From assembly GCA_030697705.1 (NCBI GenBank), contig JAUYPE010000005.1:602-64601 (forward strand): DNA of 64,000 bases, given 5' to 3'. Both the position numbers and the translations under genes were made by a program. The stretch's first letter is position 1. Each line of letters starts with the position of its first letter. Of this stretch, positions 59,750-64,000 are shown in pieces. This DNA is from a bacterium (lineage in GTDB: Bacteria > Patescibacteriota > Minisyncoccia > Sungbacterales > HO2-52-23). The notes under the pieces were generated by a model. It ran no database searches. It had not been told where the DNA came from and worked only from the letters and a program-made list of their open reading frames with translations.

Positions 59750-60259
59750 ATGCCTGTGCGTCAAAAGATATTATTTCTCGGGGGAGCCGGACTTATCGCA
59801 CTCGGATTGCTTATTTTTTTCGCGAGTAAATTTTTTTCGGAGCGGCTCACTCCTATCGTTCCGTCAGTAACCATCCCAACACCGGCTTTCGAGCGTGGTA
59901 CATCCCCCGAAGTACTTCCGACTTCTTCACCAGCAGTGCGCGTTGTCCCGGATCAAGCGGATACTATTCCACGCACCCGTTATGACGGGAATTCCTTTAC
60001 TCCGCGCGTGCTGACGGTTGGCGACAAGGGTAGTGATGTACCCTGCGCGGTACGAGTTGAAAACACGAGCCGCGAGTCCCTCACCGTTCGTCTCGGTCCA
60101 GCACATGAAAATGAAGAACGTGGATTCTTGTATTCTCCCGTTCCTGCTGGTCAGTTCCTTCTCATTGATCCGCGTTACCACCTGCCATTGGTCTCGTTCT
60201 ATAGTCGTGAACATCCCGCAATAACGTTTGAGGTTCGGGTTGAAGGCACCTGCCGCTAG
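59750..60259 (+). CDS. hypothetical membrane-anchored extracytoplasmic protein
   Basis: ORF with N-terminal TM. Confidence 0.4.
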   Translation: MPVRQKILFLGGAGLIALGLLIFFASKFFSERLTPIVPSVTIPTPAFERGTSPEVLPTSSPAVRVVPDQADTIPRTRYDGNSFTPRVLTVGDKGSDVPCAVRVENTSRESLTVRLGPAHENEERGFLYSPVPAGQFLLIDPRYHLPLVSFYSREHPAITFEVRVEGTCR

Positions 60260-60305
60260 TGCTCAAAAAATACAATATGACTTATCCTAAGGAATAAAAA
60301 CTATT

Positions 60306-60969
60306 ATGACTACCATAACCATTCCCATCGCCTTTATCGCCGGGCTCGTGAGTTTTCTTGCACCCTGTGTTCTCCCGCTCATTCCGGGCTTTCTGTCTTA
60401 TCTTGCGGGATCTTCCGGTGCGAGTGGGGTGCCGCGGCGCAGAGAGGTGTTCTTGAATGCACTTTTTTTTGTTCTCGGTTTTTCCGTTGTCTTCACTCTG
60501 CTCGGTGTACTTTTGCAAACGATTCTCGCATCGGTGGCGTATGCGGCAACTGCATGGCTCTCGCGGATCGGCGGTACGTTGGTGATTTTTTTCGGACTCT
60601 ATTTAACGGGACTCATACATATCCCGTATCTTGAACGAGATCATAAGATGCGTTGGACTTGCTTTCGCGGTCGGTTGGACACCATGCGTGAGCGCCGCGC
60701 TTGGCGTGATACTTGGACTCGCGGCTGCGCACCCGGGTACCGCATTTATCCTTCTGCTCGCCTACGCGCTGGGTCTGGGTATCCCGTTGCTCGTCATGGG
60801 ACTTTTTGTCTCGCAGGCGGCCGCACTTATTGCACGGTATGGGCATATCGTGCATACTATCAATATTGTTTTTGGTATTATTCTCATCGGTCTCGGGATT
60901 CTTATCTTTACGCAAGAATCGGCGCTCATTGCGAATTTCAGCTTTCTTAATCGATGGCTTTTACAATAA
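60306..60969 (+). pseudogene. ccdA: cytochrome c biogenesis thiol-disulfide transporter CcdA, disrupted by a frameshift near 60625-60650
   Basis: Frame 0 (60306..) gives LAPCVLPLIPGFLSYL...LIHIPYLERDHK and then nonsense. Frame +1 (from 60631) gives IIRCVGLAFAVGWTPCVSAALGVILG...FTQES, the C-terminal CcdA half. The linker is shorter than in B. subtilis CcdA. Confidence 0.6.
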
Positions 60970-60991
60970 TTTTTAACCACATCTTACCTTC

Positions 60992-62179
60992 ATGTCGCGC
61001 ACACACATCATTCTTCTTATTATCGCGCTTGTCGTCATCAGTATTGCCATTCTGCTTATTGAACGGCGCAAGCCCATGTCGACGACGGCGGGAAGTGCGG
61101 AAATTCCTTTTAAAACTCTATCAACCGCGCAGATAGATGGAGAGCAAGGAAAATCACAGCATGAGACGGCGGCGCAGATTCAAGCAATTGTTGAAAAAAA
61201 AGCGGCGACGTATCCGCGCGCAAAAGAAATCGTTAATCCTTCGGGATTCATCAATGCACCCGACTCGCTCCATATCGCCGATCTCATCGGCAAGAAAATT
61301 ATTCTCGTTGATTTCTGGACCTACAGCTGTATCAATTGCCAGCGCACCTTGCCGTATCTGAACGAATGGTACAAAAAATATCGCGCCGCTGGACTGGAAA
61401 TCGTCAGCATACACACGCCGGAATTTGATTTTGAAAAGGATCGTGCCAATGTGGTGTCTGCCGTCAAAAAATACGGCATAGAGTATCCGGTGGTACAGGA
61501 CAACGACTATGCGACCTGGAGCGCGTACCAGAATCTTTACTGGCCGCACAAATATCTTATTGATACTGATGGCTTTATCGTCTATGACCACATCGGCGAG
61601 GGTAGTTATGAGGAGACGGAGCAGAAAATTCAAGAGCTTTTAGTGGAACTGCACGTGCGTCTTGGCGCAAAAGAAATGCCGGTACCCGCCATTACCACAC
61701 CGGCGGCGGCGATAGATGTCGCATTTGATAAAGTCGGTAGTCATGAGACGTATTTCGGTTCGGCGCGTAACGAATTTCTTGCCAACGGCGAGCGAAAAAA
61801 GAGTGGTACGCAAGTCCTTACCTTGCCGGACCAAACTGTACTGAATGCGCTTACTCTTGGAGGGACATGGGATTTCTCGCCCGAATTTGCGGAAAACAAA
61901 ACTGCCAACGCCCGAATCGTCTATCGTTATCATGCAAAGCGTGTGTATCTCGTAGCGAGCGGAGGAGCGGGCGTGGAGCTGGAAATCCTCCGTGATGGCA
62001 AGCTCCTCGGCAAAGCGGCGGGCAAAGATATTCGTGAAGCGGGCGGCATATCGCGCGTAACCATACGGGAGAGCCGTCTCTATGAACTTATCAGTGATCC
62101 GGACGGTTATGGTACGCACACGCTTGAAATTATCATGAAACAGCCCGGTCTCAAGGCGTTTGCTTTCACGTTCGGATAG
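60992..62179 (+). CDS. TlpA/ResA-like thiol-disulfide oxidoreductase (thioredoxin fold, WTYSCINCQ) with extra C-terminal domain
   Basis: N-terminal TM; WxxxCxxC motif; ~150-aa C-terminal beta domain. Confidence 0.7.
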   Translation: MSRTHIILLIIALVVISIAILLIERRKPMSTTAGSAEIPFKTLSTAQIDGEQGKSQHETAAQIQAIVEKKAATYPRAKEIVNPSGFINAPDSLHIADLIGKKIILVDFWTYSCINCQRTLPYLNEWYKKYRAAGLEIVSIHTPEFDFEKDRANVVSAVKKYGIEYPVVQDNDYATWSAYQNLYWPHKYLIDTDGFIVYDHIGEGSYEETEQKIQELLVELHVRLGAKEMPVPAITTPAAAIDVAFDKVGSHETYFGSARNEFLANGERKKSGTQVLTLPDQTVLNALTLGGTWDFSPEFAENKTANARIVYRYHAKRVYLVASGGAGVELEILRDGKLLGKAAGKDIREAGGISRVTIRESRLYELISDPDGYGTHTLEIIMKQPGLKAFAFTFG

Positions 62180-62401
62180 TTAATTCAATCACACCTCATG
62201 AGGGGATTCTCGGTTGAATAGACCCCGTAAGGCAGTTGCGGGGTATATTTTTTCGCGTTCATTGTAGAATAAAAAAGTGCGAAAAAAGGGCGTTACGAAA
62301 GGAGTAAATCATGACTTTTTGTGTGTGAGCCTTAAGCAAAAGAATGGCTTATTTATTGTGTTTTGATGCTGTCTTCTGATAAGGAGTGAGAATCGTAGCG
62401 C

Positions 62402-62429
62402 TTGACTTTCTCCCCCACGGTGATATACT
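62402..62429 (+). promoter_or_regulatory. promoter TTGACT-16-TATACT followed by ~210-nt untranslated leader before the Rpf-like gene
   Basis: Hexamers read directly. Confidence 0.35.
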
Positions 62430-62645
62430 TCTTGGCACATACCGCCATAGGGCGGTTTTATGGTGGAGGGGGTATAAATATGACTCTTCGGCGGTGCTAT
62501 GGCGTAACGACCATATTGCCGGCGGGAGTGATGGGGGCTGGGGCGATGATTCGAAGATATAGAACGATACTACCATTCAGGACGCACGAAATGACATCGG
62601 CCGGTTCTTCTAAGAGTTATTAGTATCTACCTTACGATTCTGTTA

Positions 62646-63062
62646 ATGGCGGTTGCGGCGGCATCGCCTCGTGCGGCGTATACAAGCCAGGCAGTCAGCA
62701 CACCCGCAGTCCAGGAGAGTGTTGTTATGTCGTTGGCATCAATCCCACTTCTTGAGGGGAATCGTACGCCTCCCGCGGAGGCAGTGCCCCAAGAGCCCGT
62801 TCCGGCAATCTTGGAACGGATTGCATGGTGTGAATCGCGTGGCCGACAGTTTGATAAGAATGGTGCGGTACTACGCGGTGTGGTGAACCCTGACGATATC
62901 GGGAAGTTCCAGATTAACGAGAAACATTGGGGCGCCGAGGCAAAACAGCTGGGGTTTAATCTTGCCTCCGAAGAGGGCAACCGAAAAATGGCAATGTCGC
63001 TTTTTGAGCGGTACGGTACGCGGCCATGGCACTGGAGCCAGTCATGCTGGGATAAAAATTAA
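62646..63062 (+). CDS. Rpf-like transglycosylase-domain protein (lysozyme-like)
   Basis: IAWCESRGRQFDKNG...GKFQINEKHW resembles the Rpf transglycosylase core (CESGG...GLfQ...W). Confidence 0.5.
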   Translation: MAVAAASPRAAYTSQAVSTPAVQESVVMSLASIPLLEGNRTPPAEAVPQEPVPAILERIAWCESRGRQFDKNGAVLRGVVNPDDIGKFQINEKHWGAEAKQLGFNLASEEGNRKMAMSLFERYGTRPWHWSQSCWDKN

Positions 63063-63231
63063 TCTGCGATTTTGTGCTACACAAAGAACATCCCGTACCG
63101 CTCTCTGAGCAGTGCGGGATGTTCTCGCTCATAGTACCTGTATTAAACATTGCGCGAGTCAATCGGTTCGGGTATCATCAAGAATATCAGTAAGGATTTT
63201 ATTATTATTCATTATCTCTTTTCTTAAACCT

Positions 63232-63966
63232 ATGAAAAGATTGCCGATAGTTCTGGGAGTGTCGGGAGTAGCGCTACTCGCTCTTTTATTCGTTGTTGGC
63301 AATAGGTCGTCTTCAAATCCTTCAACGGCTTCAACTCCGCCTGCCGAACAAGTTGCTCAAGATCAACAGGTACGTGAGAAAGTAATCGTTGATGCGAAGA
63401 GTGAGAGCGCGATGGCGGGCGCCGCAATGCCGTCCGAACCCGCCATGATGAAGGATGATTCCACAGCACACGCCGCATTAAAAAACAATATGCATCTTAT
63501 TACCCTTACGACAAATCTCGGTGTTATTAAATTCAAGACCTACGATACGGATGCTCCCAAGACAGTGGAGAACTTTGTCACTCTTGCTGGCAAGAAATTT
63601 TACGACGGCATTATTTTTCACCGTGTTATTAAGGGATTTATGATCCAAGGAGGAGATCCGACAGGAACCGGAACGGGGGGTCCCGGATATTCGTTCGCCG
63701 ATGAGCTTAATCCGGCAACCGAGTCGGGGAAGACCGGCTATAAGCGTGGCGTAGTCGCTATGGCGAACGCCGGACCCAATACCAACGGGAGCCAGTTCTT
63801 CATCATGCTCGCGGATACGCAGCTTCCATACAGCTATACGATTTTCGGTCATGTTGTTGAGGGTCAGGACATTGTGGATAAGATAGGCGCGACGCAAACC
63901 GGCTCGGGCGATCGTCCCGTCGCCGCAGTGACGATGCAAAGCGTGCGCGCGGAACTTCTGCCATGA
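63232..63966 (+). CDS. ppiB: peptidyl-prolyl cis-trans isomerase, cyclophilin type, secreted
   Basis: FHRVIKGFMIQGGDPTGTGTGGPGY...NGSQFFI. Confidence 0.9.
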   Translation: MKRLPIVLGVSGVALLALLFVVGNRSSSNPSTASTPPAEQVAQDQQVREKVIVDAKSESAMAGAAMPSEPAMMKDDSTAHAALKNNMHLITLTTNLGVIKFKTYDTDAPKTVENFVTLAGKKFYDGIIFHRVIKGFMIQGGDPTGTGTGGPGYSFADELNPATESGKTGYKRGVVAMANAGPNTNGSQFFIMLADTQLPYSYTIFGHVVEGQDIVDKIGATQTGSGDRPVAAVTMQSVRAELLP

Positions 63967-64000
63967 GATAGATGCTATGCCGCGCGATCAAAAAAGTGCA

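Overview
This 64-kb window has moderately high GC (~55-60%) with AT-rich patches, and reads as mostly core-genome DNA from a small-genome bacterium. The gene content (DUF1189, RodZ-like, orphan PilB, many small membrane ORFs) hints at a Parcubacteria/CPR-like lineage; this is not certain. Essentially every long ORF is a recognisable housekeeping or stress gene. In map order: uvrC (minus strand, running off the window edge), uvrA, a RelE/ParE-type toxin-antitoxin pair, CIRCE-groES-groEL, a SAM methyltransferase, pyrD, an M3 oligopeptidase, a truncated APC permease, an EamA transporter, copper/redox cluster 1, lemA, htpX, a TauE/SafE exporter, DUF1189 and tRNA-Ser(GGA). Copper/redox cluster 1 (thioredoxin-like, DoxX, zf-TFIIB-like, CcdA-fusion, cupredoxin, copA, copZ) spans 14.1-21.5 kb. 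The tRNA is followed by an AT-rich islet carrying a RhuM fragment, unknown small ORFs, an orphan Cas4-like PD-(D/E)XK nuclease and an IS630-like transposase remnant. Then come NUDIX, an ABC exporter, rpoB-rpoC, ftsK, rodZ-like, recA, rpsR/ssb/rpsF, ychF, a GlcG-like protein, a PMM-like HAD hydrolase, rmuC, rplU, recR-dnaB, DUF167, an orphan pilB ATPase and copper cluster 2 (csoR-copA2-HMA/DsbD_2-cupredoxin-ccdA(frameshifted)-tlpA). The window ends with an Rpf-like transglycosylase and cyclophilin.

What looks new is at the DNA/RNA level rather than a multi-gene protein system. (i) Hairpin-forming heptanucleotide-repeat cassettes are inserted in-frame in BOTH uvrA and uvrC and add a similar '...SAFSIQHSA...' peptide. 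(ii) A modular family of five intergenic imperfect-palindrome elements is built on the half-site GTCATTCCGAG-N6-8-CGAGGAATCCCGT, next to rpoB, rpoC, rplU, copZ/lemA and the CcdA-fusion gene. (iii) Two paralogous ~160-nt nested-hairpin elements sit immediately upstream of rpsR and dnaB; their 18-bp terminal stems have diverged by compensatory changes (covariation). (iv) A 3.3x tandem array of a 26-bp palindromic unit lies between an EamA transporter gene and a thioredoxin/DoxX/CcdA cluster. (v) tRNA-Ser is clamped by a 12-bp perfect inverted repeat.

No rRNA, CRISPR array or prophage was seen. All calls are by-eye translation and motif recognition; nothing was searched against a database.
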